Shown: positions 1 to 12,570, counted from the stretch's first letter. The stretch is DNA of 64,000 nt from Lama guanicoe (GCA_013239625.1 MU054187.1:17910711-17974710); one strand, 5' to 3'. The notes: a model not told the origin generated them from the letters alone. Numbers and translations: made by a program.

Positions 1-1019
1 ATTATCTGGCCCTTTCCATGTTCCAAACCTCTCTCTCAGAATAGGTGTTCTCTTGAATAAGGGGCCTTCATTGTTACAAATTGCTCTTATTGCCCTGAAG
101 ACATAATGCTTGAGTGGTAGAGTGTGTCTTGCTAGGTAACTAGTGAAAAGTCCCCTTGGTATCTGATTCTAGCTTAAAATATCACATCCATCTTAAAGTT
201 CTCTTATTCTGGCAACCAAAAATGAGCTTTGAATCTTTGAATCTTGCTGAAGTGTGTTGCAGCCACCAGTGATCCAGCCTCTTACAATATATGCGGTATT
301 CATGATGTGCCCCATTCACAATTGAGCACAAAAGGGGAAATAAGATTCAGGCTCACCCCTATACTTAAAGTTGAAATCCAGCAAGGGTTGCTTCCTGAAG
401 GTTTTTTTCATCTTGTGCATCCAAGTCCATCTGGACTAAAAGATAAAGCTTTATATAGATCATGTAAATGGCACATGCAGTTTACGGTCTAGAATTGTCA
501 TTAAAAGGCTTTTAACAAGTCAGAGATGTTTAGTGTCACCCAAAGGTTGTCAGTACCCTGTAGCTTCCTCTGGAATTAAATCACAATCTGAGAGCTTCAA
601 TAAGCCAGTGTTAAATTAGTACCTTTGTTTGTTTTTCCTTAGTCTTGTCAAAAGGAAGATTAATGTGCAGTTTTCTTCCCGCCCTCAGTACAGCTTTTCT
701 TAAAGGAATGTGGTGTCTAAATCAAAATTCCATTAAATGCAAAGAAATGCGCTAAGTGTGATCATCTTTTCACCTCTCCTCCAGTTTTCCTCCCTCTTAA
801 TTTTTTTTCTTCCAAGTAAGCAACCATTTACTCCTGTTTAACCCTCCCTCCGCACATCCAATCCTGTGATGCTGAATACTATAATCCTGAGTCTTACTGC
901 AAAGGTGGAGGAAAAAAGGTTCTGCAAAATTACAAGCTAAGGGAAAACACCTGTAGGGTCATTTTACAAATGGAATCACTAAAAAGCAGTACTTCTTGCT
1001 GGGTAATAGCACAGAACCT

Positions 1020-1450
1020 TTAAATCACAGAAATTAGAGACAGGAGACCCGCCAGGTCACCTTGTCCACCCCCTCTAGCAGCTTTATGCATGTCATGTGA
1101 AGTGACATGAGCAGTGAAGCATCTGCAGGAGCCCTGGGGAGACTCTACTTACTCTCCAGTAATACGTCTTCCTGTTGAGAAAATGTCGCTGAGAGCTGTC
1201 CAACTTTTCTTTTGCCTAATTGCACGTTGTTCTGCTCTGCTATATCCTTTGAAAGTGCAGCCACACTTTTCTTTGTTCCCCCATCTTTAAAACCTACAAC
1301 CTTGAAATACTACAACATTATTACTGTCTTCCTTTGTAATTATTTGAGCCAAGCTATACAAATTTGCCTCTTAAAATACTACCTTATAAATCAGTCCCTG
1401 TTGCTAAATCCACTTACATCCATTGCTTTTCTAAAGGGTTATTCACTACT
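1020..1450 (-). mobile_element. Ancient CR1/L3-type LINE 3' fragment (highly degraded)
   Basis: 'aggtcaccttgtccacccc' and 'agccaagctatacaaatttgcctctt...cttataaatca' resemble the antisense 3' region of amniote CR1/L3 LINEs; recalled from memory. Confidence 0.4.
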
Positions 1451-3681
1451 CTCCCATTCATGCTCATTCAGGAACTTTGCTTCTTATAATTTTAGTATGT
1501 ATGTGTTTACAGAATAGACTTTTGCTCAAGTTTTATGGAAAACAAAGGCAGTGCTCAAGCCAGTGTCTGGACGTCACAGTTTCACCAAGATTCAGAGAAA
1601 TTTGCTGTCAGCTCCTAAAGCCATGATTTATTTTTCTACAAGACATTATTACATTCAATATCCCACAAATATAAATACTTTCTGGAGTATCAGGCTGTCC
1701 AACTATATATATGAATAAATATACTGTCATTTACTACTTCTTGATCTGGGCAAAACCTGAGGCTAGCTACGTGACTGACTCTCGTATAAGTTATTCCATC
1801 TACAAGTATTTTAAAGTGCTGTACATTGCACTACTTCTATGAGCTAAAGCTCCACATTTTGCAGTTACAAAACTCCTACTTCTGCTAGTTTGGAAACGGA
1901 GAGAGAAAAATCTCCACTTAAGGTGTTGGGGTGGGCTGACCCTCAGCTGAATCTTAAAGATCCAAGTTTCATTCCAAGATACTCAGGCTTAGAAGTGGAG
2001 AGGCTCTTGTGATTGTTTCTGTTTCTTTCATACCAGCACCACCACTACCACCACCATGCTGGCCACCAGTCGTGCACTGCTAACTGCTTAACACCCTGAC
2101 CCAAGTGTGGACACGCAGTCTTTCCCATAATTCCCAAGGGCAAGGACATTACATTTAAACCAGACTATGGTGAAAACTTTGGACAACCACAAGGACATAC
2201 ATACAGAGAATCTTGCACGCAGATTATAACCTGAATTCTTGGAATTCTAGATCTCATTCCATGTTAGCTTTTCGCCAAGGTCCATCTGGAGATTTTCTCT
2301 ATTGCCCAGGTGCCCATAATGTAGACACTATGATGCCTCAAACTTAAGACTCTCTTCTGAACCTAAGAAGGGTGATGCTGAGAGGGAAGATATTTATCCT
2401 ACCCTCTTAAGACTTGACTGAAGGTAGGATCTGGACTCTATTGTCCATGCAAGACAGTTGAATAGTGGGAATAAACTTTCATGACTTCCTCTCTCGGAGG
2501 TGATCAGAATACTGTTGCTTCAATAAAACAAACCCCCCCAACAAACTTGTCTCAGCTTGCACTACTGTAAAAGGAAAGAAGGAAGGGGAAGGGATTGCTG
2601 GAGCAAGGGGAGGGAGAGGAGATCAGGAAGAAATGGCTGGTGAGTCTGGAGAGAGAGAGAAGTAGGGGGAGAGAATGGTGCTGAGCTCTCACCACGCAGG
2701 CACATACTTGATGTCCATTATCTCATTTACTTATTACTGAAACGATTTGCAGGTAAGTAAATGGACACAGTAAACGTCTGACTCCCTGGCTCACACCCTT
2801 CTAGCCATACAATCTCACACCATTTTTCAAAGACATGAGATTCATGAGACAATAATGTTGGTAAAGTGTTCCAATTTCCTTTGAGAAGAACAGCTGTAAA
2901 ACTTTATTGTTATTGTTACTCTTATTATTAAAGCTCCGTGAATGCTCTGGTAGTGCCATGGATGGAACTAATATTATGCTTGTTTGTTTCATTTAGAGAA
3001 ATAAAGTCTAAAAAGAGGAACAAGCGTATTTATTGGGCTTTAGATTCAACCCAGTTATTTGGTGTAACTGCAACTTTTGGCAGATCAAGACCCTGAGGAC
3101 TAACTCTCTCAGCAAGGTCGCCAGTGGTCCTAGGGGCAGATGTGAGAACTGAGGTCCCCCGTAGGTGCTCTTTTTAATGATTGGTTCTCCCAAGGAGTGA
3201 GAAGGAGGTGGATTAAGGTGAAAGGCCTGGAATATTCAGTCTTTTTAGTCTATAATTGTTAAAGAAAGAATGTAGCAAAAATTCCTCAGTTTTTCAGGGG
3301 AGTAACAGTGCGTTCAATTCAGATAATTTGTTTCCCTGAGAAGGCAGACATTTTTTTCCCTTTCCCATGAAAGAGAGTTACTTGTGTTAATTGTGAAAAA
3401 AAAATTATGCAAAGGACAGAAGGGCTTTGTACAGGGACACGGAGTTATGCACATATTCAAGTACCAACAGGAACCCTGGCATGGCTTATTTCCGGTTTGC
3501 CATTTTTAACAGTCTGTATTGGGAAATAATTCAGTTTCCTTAATATCACCAGCTGGAACTGTAATTTAATAATGAAAGAATGAGAATTTGACCTGAGGTT
3601 TTAAGGTGGCTGTTATATGTCTAATGAGCATTTACCTAAGCTTAGATTTGATTATGTTCAGATTTTTTTCAACATGCTCTA

Positions 3682-3714
3682 TTTTTATTTTTTTTTTTTT
3701 TTTTTTTTTTTTTT
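3682..3714. repeat. Poly(T) tract (T5-A-T27)
   Basis: Directly visible homopolymer. Confidence 0.95.
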
Positions 3715-3789
3715 AGTGAATAGAATTCTGCACTTTGTTTGGTCTTGTTCCTGACTGGACCTTAAGCAGAAAAGAATGTTCATATGATC

Positions 3790-3875
3790 ATCCTCTTGAT
3801 TTCAGAAAATAAACTGAGGCCTAGAGAAGACACTTGCCCTAGCCAAGGTCCCATAGTTAGCAATGCTTGGAATTT
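3790..3875 (-). mobile_element. MIR SINE core fragment
   Basis: 'aaactgaggcctagaga...ccaaggtcccatagttag' matches the antisense MIR core. Confidence 0.65.
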
Positions 3876-4759
3876 AATCGAGCTCCCCTTCCGTTGCAAC
3901 CTTCTCCATTTCATTGGCTATAAATTTGGATAGACAAGACTCTTAATTTACTTTACCTTGAGTTTCTCAGAAACTTTTTCCTAAAAAGGCAATGCAAAAA
4001 GCGGGGACAAAATTCTCTGCTGGAGTCACTGTGGCTAGTGAAGGCGGAAGGCACCCAGTGGCCCTGGCTGTTTTTCTCTGTGTCCCATGTGTGCATAGTA
4101 CTAAGCCAGCGCATTGCATTAGGGTCAGTGACTACCAGGTAGCCACACGTACGTCTAGGGATAAAAGCTCACTGATCAATGCAAAATCTGCAAAAGCAAT
4201 TCATTCCTTCATTGTAATCCACTAGGCATTTCTCTAGGTTCCTCTGTTCCAGGCTCCTCTGTTTTCTTTCTCATTCTTGCTAGGGAAAGTGTCCAGCACT
4301 GAGAACTGGGGGAGGGGGGGAAGTATGAGAAGAGGTACAGGAAGTGGCCAGGAAGAAGGGAAAAGAGACTCCAGCAAATGACTTTACGCATGTATGGAAA
4401 TCTTTTTGGCATCTTGGGCTAAGGATAAATCCATTGTCTTCAACTCATATCACCTGCCTGTTATTTTTGATAATCCCACTTTCTTACTGGAACAAAAAAA
4501 AAAAATTCTCTCCGTCATCACCTCCTTCCTATACTCCAATCCACCTTCCTAGGAATCTTGTTTTCTTTAACCAATCTACTTCTTGTAACTGAAAGAAAGG
4601 GAAAGGAAATCTTTTTTTGTTTTATAATTTAGCAGCTTATATTTACTTTGCTTAGGGTAATGTTTTAACTTTTCCAGCTTAAACTCTAATACAGTATCTA
4701 ATAAAGATTAGATAATAAAAACCTCTGTTGGGTGGGCTGATTGGATTTGATGAAGAGCT

Positions 4760-5430
4760 TAGTAGTCATTTGTTGAATATCTACCACTGGTCAGGCTTTG
4801 TGGAAGGGGAGACAGACAGTCCCTGTGAATCAAGAACTTAACTGTATTTAATGGAAGACTCATACAGGTAAACACAGTGCTACCTGATAAACATCATTAA
4901 GAGATAGAAACAAAGCTCAGTGGAATCATTAAAAGGAGGATGACAAATTCCCTAGGAAATTTGTCAGGAAAAACTTACAGAAGTATTAGGCCTTGAGTTG
5001 AATCTTGAAGGATAACTAAGACTCTCTCAGAATCATATGTGGGAAAAAGCTATCAGGCTGTGCAAGGACTTGGACACTACTGGAATCTGACATATCTGCT
5101 GGACATTAAGAAGTCAGTGTGGCAGGAGCATTAAGGGAAGTGGCAGAAGATGGGATAGAGTGGGACCAGAGTTTGAAAAATTTTGTACGTCATACTGGGG
5201 AGTTTGGATTTTATTAGCCAGCAGAGAATAAACAGAGCCTTTCAACCTGAGAAGTACTATGATCAATTTTTTTTTTCTTCTGAAGAAAGGAGGCCTAGAG
5301 ATGATATAAGGGTCTTGACAGAGAAACTAGTTGGAGAGCTGTGTCAATAGCCCCAGTGAGATATGTTGAAGATTCTCAGAGGTAGGGGACAGAGGCCCTT
5401 GTACACACAGACTTTGGTGACTGGGTAAGG
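4760..5430 (-). mobile_element. L2 LINE 3' region (continues at ~7800-8400 after nested insertions)
   Basis: 'catttgttgaatatctaccac', 'gagttgaatcttgaagga' and 'ggagtttggattttatt' are typical antisense L2 motifs. Confidence 0.7.
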
Positions 5431-5733
5431 AGCTGTCATAGGACTGAGGCTCCTCTGGTAGTATTTGTCAGGGAGGGAGACATTTCTCCCCATCCCTCCT
5501 TGAGTGGTCTAATAATTAAATTGGCACAAGACATATTAACAGGAGAATAAAACCAAACTAATTTGTATGCACTGAGGTCTCATAGAAATGAGACCCCTGA
5601 AGTGACCAAAGCAGGCTGTTTATATATCATCCCTTGACAAAGAAACAATTATTTGTGAAGATTTAACAAAACAATGCAGATTTTGTTTGGGGTAGCAGAT
5701 TAATGAAGAATTAAAGTTTGTTTATACAGCTTT

Positions 5734-6200
5734 TGAGACAGGAAGGAAGAGGGCAGGGCACAACCATTAAAAGAATGACACCACAATTGAGGACAAGGCA
5801 TAAACTGGTTAGAATCAACTCAGCCCAAAATGGTGGAAGACTTGACTTCCAGTAGACCTTGGGTCTCATTATAGGCTGGTCATTATACATTATTAGCCTG
5901 CTAACTGACACATCACAGGCTGACAGGACAAAGAACAAAAAGTCTGTTGGGGCCCAATTCCTTGAAATTCCCTTCTCTTTCCCAAAACCGTTGGAATAAT
6001 CCTCCGACTCGTTAGCATAGGAAGTTACCCAGCTATCAAAACTAACAACCCCATAGCCTGGGGCTGTCTGGCTTGCCTTCTGAGACAGCCTGCGCTCTGT
6101 CTATGAGGGTGTATCTCCATGAATAAATCTGCTTTCACTCTACTATGGCTTGCTCTTGCATTCTTTCCTGTTCAACACAAGAACCTATTCTCCAGCAACA
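5734..6200 (+). mobile_element. MER41-like ERV1 solo LTR (copy 1)
   Basis: TG...CA termini; 'ggaataatcctccgactcgttagcata' and 'aataaatctgctttcactctacta' match MER41-family motifs; clearly homologous to 27611-28053. Confidence 0.8.
5958..5966 (+). promoter_or_regulatory. GAS (STAT-binding) motif TTCCTTGAA inside MER41-like LTR
   Basis: Exact TTCN3GAA match; degenerate second site TTCCCAAAA at 5979-5987. Function untested. Confidence 0.45.
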
Positions 6201-6655
6201 CTAACTTAGCTTTGAATTCCCTGATTGTGGTGATAAGGATGCTTCCTGTCCCCTTGGTATAGGCAAGAATATTTATTTCCCACTTTCGGGGGGAAAGAGT
6301 GGGATCAAGTATTGTTGTTTTAATCATTTCCCCCCCACTGGCTGTTTCCTACAAAACTTTAACTCAAAATAATCCATATCCACTGAAGCATATTTGGGGG
6401 CAGCCTGCCCTGAGCCCCAACAGAGGTACATCATTAATCTGAGAACTCAGATGCAAGTAAGGCTGATTATCTTTCATGTACCAGGAGTTGCTTAGAAACC
6501 TGGCATAAGATGACTGAGAAATAGTTCTTACCGTCAAGAACCCCTGAATTTGAAGGGGATGGAGGATATAGGATAAAAAGTAAATTATGTTGTGGTAAAT
6601 ACAACAGTGATTAATAATGGCCAAACTTTAAAGTGACTACTGTGTGCTGGACAGC

Positions 6656-7568
6656 CGTCTTAGTCCTGTCAAACTGCTATAACAGAGTAACACAGACTGG
6701 GTGACTCAAACATCAGAAATTTATTTCACAAAGTTCTACAAACTGAGAAGTCCAAGACCAAGGTCCTGGCCGATCCCATCATCTGGTGAGCGTGTGCTTT
6801 CTGGTTTGCAGATGGCGGTCTTCTCATTGTATCCTCACTTGGTGGAGAGCAGAGACAGAGACAGAAAGTCAATTCTCTAATACTTATTTTAAGGGACACT
6901 ATTGTTGCACCCAAATTCTTGTGCTGGATGCACAGTGAGGCTGAACAAACCAAAATGTTGGAGTTTGGAGTGAATAAAATTTTATTGCAAGGCCAACCAA
7001 GGAGAATGGGTGGCTCATGCTCAAAAAAATCCTGAACTCTCTGATAGTTTGAGGGGAAGAATTTTTAAAGGCCAAATTGGGGGTGAGAGCTGGAGGGTGT
7101 GTGACTTTCTTCTGATTGGTTGATGGTGACAGTGATGTCTCTAGTATCTCAATCTTCTGGTTCCAATCAGTCTTGGGTCTATGTGGTGGTGTAGTTACCA
7201 TTGTCCACCTGGATGGGGGCCATAGTTTCTGTAGAAGAATTCAGAGATATGTATCAGATTGTTATCTATATCCATTCAAAAATCCTGTGATTCTATTGTC
7301 CTATTAACTGCTTGAGCCTGATCTTTGGCCTTGGAGAAGCCCTAGGAGACTGAAGACTTTTTTTACCCCGTTCCAAACATGAAAGTGGACTTCGAGTGGC
7401 TTTTGTACCCATAGAGTCCTGCTCATTTTCAGCACTAATCTCACTCATGCCAGTTCCAACCTCATGACCTTATTCCCTCCCAAAGGCCCTCTCCTAATAC
7501 CACTCACATTGAGGGATTAGGATTTCAACATATGAATTTTGGAGGACACAAACATTCAATCCATAGCA
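6656..7568 (-). mobile_element. MaLR LTR, MLT1A-type, split by an ERV1 LTR at 6903-7431
   Basis: Starts 'gtcttagtc...tgctataaca', ends 'ttcaacatatgaattttggaggacacaaacattcaatccatagca', the antisense MLT1A consensus. Confidence 0.85.
6903..7431 (-). mobile_element. ERV1-class solo LTR (same or related family as 56954-57573)
   Basis: TG...CA ends; AATAAA on the minus strand (tttatt ~6981); R/U5 and CCAAT region align in reverse complement with 57290-57573. Confidence 0.8.
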
Positions 7569-7589
7569 ACACTCTTATCAACATTTTAC

Positions 7590-7785
7590 AGGAACAACCT
7601 CTTTATAGCTTTATAACAATCTTAAAAAGGAAGTGCTATTACTGCCTCCACTTTATTCGTGAGAAGGTGAAGCGCAGAGAGGTTAGGCAACTTGTCCAGA
7701 GTCATGGAACTGGTAGTGCGCGAGTCAATATTTAACCCCGAGCAGTGTGGCCTGAGAGTCTGTCTGTTGAACACTAACCACCTTC
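7590..7785 (-). mobile_element. MIR SINE (its first part lies at ~6610-6655, before the MLT1A insertion)
   Basis: 'gcagagaggttaggcaacttgtccagagtca...cagtgtggcctgagagtc' is the antisense MIR core. Confidence 0.75.
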
Positions 7786-7799
7786 CTCTCTGATAGCAG

Positions 7800-8400
7800 T
7801 ATGGGCAGGACACTCTGTATGTGAAGGAAGGTGTGGTAAGACGTTTGTTCTAGATTTCAGGTTGGAGCAGTGCAATATCAAAGTTTATTTTCCCAGGAGA
7901 AAATTGGATATTTGGGTTTAGAGACTGGAAACGAGATGAAAGCTAAAGACATAATTGAAGTTTGCATAGAATTAAAGCAATGAGAATGTATGTCCAGGGG
8001 AGAGTATTTGGTCCAAGTTTAGAAGACCCTAGCCTAACACACAGTGAATGGACAGAAGACCAGCCAACAAAAGAAAGAGCAGGAATGACCACAGGATTAC
8101 TGGACAGTGGAGAGTGGAGTACAGATAGGAGGGTCGAGTTTCTAGAAAGAGGGAGTGGGCGTGAACAATGCCAAGTGCTACAGGGAAGTATGTGGGACTG
8201 AAAATAGGCGGTTGAATTTAGCAACTGCGAGTTTACTATTAATTTGGGTGAGAACGATTTTCATTATCTGATAGTGAGGATAACCACATTGCAAAAGGTT
8301 GAAAACAAAAGGTCATACAAAGAGTGATCGATAATTCTTGTTTGAAGAAGGTAATTTATAGAACAAAAAATGCTATAGTTTGTTAATGCCAGATCACTGG
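7800..8400 (-). mobile_element. L2 LINE fragment
   Basis: 'ttggatatttgggt', 'ggactgaaaataggcggttgaatttagcaac' match antisense L2. Confidence 0.65.
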
Positions 8401-8589
8401 ACAGAGCTTGAGGAATTGTCTTTAGAAGGGAAGGAACAGAAGAGGACAGTGTATCTCCCATTCTTAGAAAGGAACAAGTTAGGCCTCTGGATGGACTAGG
8501 GGTGGTCAATCACAGTGTCTATTACTTGTATCTCAGTTCCAACAAATAGCCAGCGACTTAGCAATGTATTCATAATACACTTTCGTTTA

Positions 8590-8660
8590 CTAACTCATTG
8601 ATTCATTCATTCAGTAAACATTATTAAGCACCTGCTAAGTGCTATGCATGCAGACTGGAT
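8590..8660 (-). mobile_element. L2 3' terminus fragment
   Basis: 'attcattcattcagtaaacattattaagcacctgcta'. Confidence 0.65.
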
Positions 8661-10689
8661 GTGTGTGCAAGTGTTGGTGTGTGTTCAGGGGGACAGAGGA
8701 GGAAGTGAGTGTTAGAAGGGGAAGTTGACATGGGAAGCCTGCCAGGTATTTAATGTTGATCACAACACTACAAAGCCAGAGAGAGCAAAAGGACACTGTT
8801 CATTCAATTGTGTCCAGCCCAGTGGGCCTGGAGTCTACAGGGGTTGGTGAGACACAGCAGCATTATTGGCAGAAGATAGGCAAGCCAAAGTCAAGACTTG
8901 ATGATAGGGGGCTAGTTGGCATCAGATTTTATTAAAAAAAAACAAAACAAAGCTACATATACTGACTTTAAGATTAGTACTAGCAACACTAACATCAAAT
9001 GTTATATTTCTCTCTCTGAAAATAACATCCTATTTGTGAATGTGGGAAGCATCTTCCACGGAAAAGTAATTTTATTAGCAAGTTTTAGTGTTCTCAAGTT
9101 AATATTTCAATATTTTATGTCTTTCATTCTTTCTTATTGGTAACAGTTGTCCGTTGTGCACGAGGATGGCACTGTCTCCTGCGCAAAGCTGCCGACTCAG
9201 ATGGTTCAGGGGGTGGCAGGTTTCTCCCTGGATCTTGACCCAGTTCGGGTGACGTAACTGCATGGGAAACAAATGTACTGCCGTGAGGTGGAGAAACAGC
9301 CTACGTGGCAATGAATGCGGCTCTCTGAACCCTTCACAGCCATCATTTTTCAGGAAGGAGAGTTGAAAAAAACAAAGGAAAAAAAATGCGATAAAGAGGA
9401 AAAGTAGAATGAATGGAAGTCAGGGAAAGGCTAGGGAAGGAGGAAGCGAGAGAAGAGGGGACAGGAGGTCGTGGAAGAGGAAGGGCAGCTAGAGAGCCTC
9501 TTTGTTGTATTTGGCCTCAGGACAGTACGTTTGAAGAAACGTGAGGTGCTTATTTTGTTTCTGGTTTTCCTACGGTGGCAGATGGTATGTGAAGTGTTAA
9601 TTTGTTGGAGATTAAAACTTGAGACCCTAAATAGCATGTAGTGTTTTATTTTCCCGTGACGCCTCTTGGCCCCCTAAAGACAGAAAACAAGGGTGTTCAT
9701 CATTGGTCTAGGACAATCAACACAAAACAACAGAAAACGAACACAGGATTTTCAGCTTCTAATGTAAAATGTATACACTTCTGTGTGGTTGAGATACAAG
9801 AAGGACCCCTGAGAAATATGGAGGAGAAGGGAAACTGACATGTCCTTAGCAGTTGCTTATCCCAGCCCCCAACATCAGTTGAAAATGGGAAGACAGGTGC
9901 CTCGGGGTGTTACCTCAGGCTTCATGAAAACCTCTTGCAGAGCATGGCACGTGCCACTGTGATCTGGGGGGGACATGATGACAGGAACCTGACTTCTGGG
10001 CTGGTTGGTTTCTTGATAACTAAGAGGTCCCACTGGGAGCCAGTCTCAACGGTGCTGACGGTGGAATGAGGGAAAGGGAAGTTATCTTGACATGACTCAC
10101 TCAAGAGGGCTTTCTGCCAAGAATGAAGGGAGAGTTTGAGGGGTGGACTTCCAAGCGCAGAGGTCGAAAATGAAGGTGCTTTACTTTATGAGCTGCTAGC
10201 CAGGTGGAAGGAGGCATTTCCAATTCCATGAAACTGTAATCAGAAGTTCTCATTGCGATGGATATTTCTGAGAAATCTGTAGCAACACCTCATGAGAGAT
10301 AAACCAAAGACCAGATTAAAATCCTCAGGATCAGTCTTTTAGGACCTTGGCTGACCTCTAACCTCTCTGTTGAACCCCCATTTACACATTCCGAAGAGGC
10401 CAGAACCTACAGCCACTAGGAGAGAAACAATAAACGAGCTGTTTCACCTAGGACAGACCCAAGCTGAGGGATAAAGATGTCTTTAATTGGCAGAAAGTTG
10501 AGCCCATTAATATTGGACTTTGTGGTCATGTTATTAATTACATATTATTTAATAGCTAGCATTCAAGGGAATGATAAGAGAAAATAAAATTGCTTTATGT
10601 TAGTAACGCACCAGCCCACCTCATCCAGTAAATCGGTGTTCTTTCACTACATCAGTAAATATCTTATCTTACATCTGAAAGATAGAAAG

Positions 10690-10840
10690 AGTGGTACAAT
10701 GAAAAGATTCCTCAAATTATAAAAAAAAGAAAAGGGAGATTGGAGCTTGAGTGTCAGATCTCTTTCTTAGCTAGAACGCCTCTCTGAGCTTTAACGCCCT
10801 CACATAGAAAACAAAATGATCACTTCTCTGTTTCACAGAG
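10690..10840 (+). mobile_element. MIR SINE fragment
   Basis: 'cctctctgagcttt...ctcacatagaaaac' is a degraded MIR core. Confidence 0.45.
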
Positions 10841-11139
10841 ATTTTCTAATTTCTAGTTTTACATCGCTTTACTTTTAATGTACTAAATCTGTTAGGGAAA
10901 AGAAATCCTGTTTGGGATGCTGTTTTAGACTGTAGTTCTTCTGCCTCGTCCATGACTCTGACTCTCGTGTCTCTATATATGGGCTCTTCGTCCATGAATC
11001 TACTATATTTGGTTTTTTGTGCGATGTTGGACCTTGTTTCTTCATCGTGTCCTGTTTCTGCATTCTGTGTGTTATCTCTGATTCCTTTGAGTTTGTTTCT
11101 AAATGTTAAAAACTATAGCAACTTAGCCATTTAACACAG

Positions 11140-11290
11140 ACAACAATTATATATATGTGATATACAATAATTATATACAAAACACATACATAGCATGTAT
11201 AAATATAGTTTTATATATAATGTATATAAACAGTTATATATAACATGTATAAAACATGTAACATAAAACAATTATATATGTAACATATAT
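11140..11290. repeat. AT-rich low-complexity (TA/CATATA-like) tract
   Basis: Directly visible. Confidence 0.8.
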
Positions 11291-11559
11291 ATTCTGCTTA
11301 AACACTGATTAATCACTAACTCTTGGCATCCATCTCTTCCCTTCTCTGACCCCCACCATCTTCCCCTCCTTCCCTCTCTCCCTCCTTCCCTCTCTCCCTC
11401 CTTTTACTCTGTCCATCCTGATTCCTGATTCCTTAAATATTCAACTTTACCTCCTAAAGGATAATGAAAATGTAATTTGAAAGATTCACTTCCCGCCCTC
11501 TCTTCCTTGCCTGATTCTTTTCATTCAATTTTCATGACTCTCCTCCAAAGTGATTGCGT

Positions 11560-12190
11560 AATCTGTTTGTCTAGCTTCTCACCTCACTACGCTACTTCTT
11601 TGTATCTCACCTAAATTATTACCACAGATGATAATGGACCTTCTCACCTCCAGGCTTTCACACTCCGATCTGTACTGCTGTGACATCTCTAAGCTGCACT
11701 TCTAATCCTGTCACCCCCTGGTTTATAACCATCGTATTTTTCCACATGAAATTTAGAATGGTTTCCCACTTCTTAGCACGCATGACATTGGAGGCTGTTG
11801 ACAGTATGACCACTACTTGCCTCACCAAAGCCATCCCATCATTCTCCGTGCTCAGGTCGCACTGTTTGGCTCCTTTTCCCAGACTGGCCAGACCTTCACG
11901 TCTCTTGGCTTTTCCTCGTGCTCTTCCTTCCACCCAGATCCCAGCTGCCCTTTCTTATTCAGTTGTCAAATTCCTCTTCCCCATATTCTGATCAAAAATA
12001 AAATTATCAAATACCCTCTTCTACAAAGCTTTTCATCTCACCTTAAGCAAAATTAATCACCTGCATCTGTGTTTCGTTACACCTTCCAAATCGGCATTCC
12101 TCTGTAGTCAGTCATCTCTGGCTCCTCCAGAGATGATCAGGGCCTGTGGACTGAAAATAAATTTGCTCATCCTTTTAAACCGTTATAGGC
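11560..12190 (+). mobile_element. L2 LINE fragment
   Basis: 'tctaagctgcacttctaatcctgtcaccccctggtttataacc' resembles L2 sense sequence. Confidence 0.6.
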
Positions 12191-12204
12191 CAGGGAAATG
12201 CTCT

Positions 12205-12570
12205 ACATTAGTTATTAGAAAGCTAATGTGTTTTTAGGGTTTACTATGTACCAGGCACTGAGGTCTTTGCCTACGTTTTTCTTTTTTAATTTCAACAACA
12301 TTCCACTGTGATTTCCAGAAGAAAGAGATGTGGTTTATTCATTGTAGGTTCCCCAGTGTCCAGAACAGTGCTGAGCACCTGCAGATGCTCAATAACTCTT
12401 TGTTGACTGACGGAACAAATTAATGAGTAAACACACAGCTCTACAAGGAATGGACTATCATAACTCCCATAGGACAAATGAGGGACATGAAACTAGTGAA
12501 GCTGTGATTTGATTGTTACACATTAAATATATTGCAGTTGAAAGCATGTCCGCTAACACCATAGCCACTG
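12205..12570. mobile_element. Antisense MIR interrupted by a sense L2 3' end (~12305-12430)
   Basis: 'ttactatgtaccaggcactg' (MIR); 'ccccagtgtccagaacagtgctgagcac...gatgctcaataa' (L2 end). Confidence 0.6.

Larger units (their letters stand above)
5434..6422 (-). mobile_element. ERV1-class solo LTR, MER34-group-like, interrupted by a MER41-like LTR at 5734-6200
   Basis: Minus strand begins TGTTGGGGCTCAGGGCAGGCTGCCCCCAAATATGC...GGATTATTTTGAGTT, similar to MER34-type U3. Left boundary uncertain (5434 or 5466); with 5434 the flanks are GAGC/GAGG, an imperfect 4-bp TSD. Confidence 0.65.
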
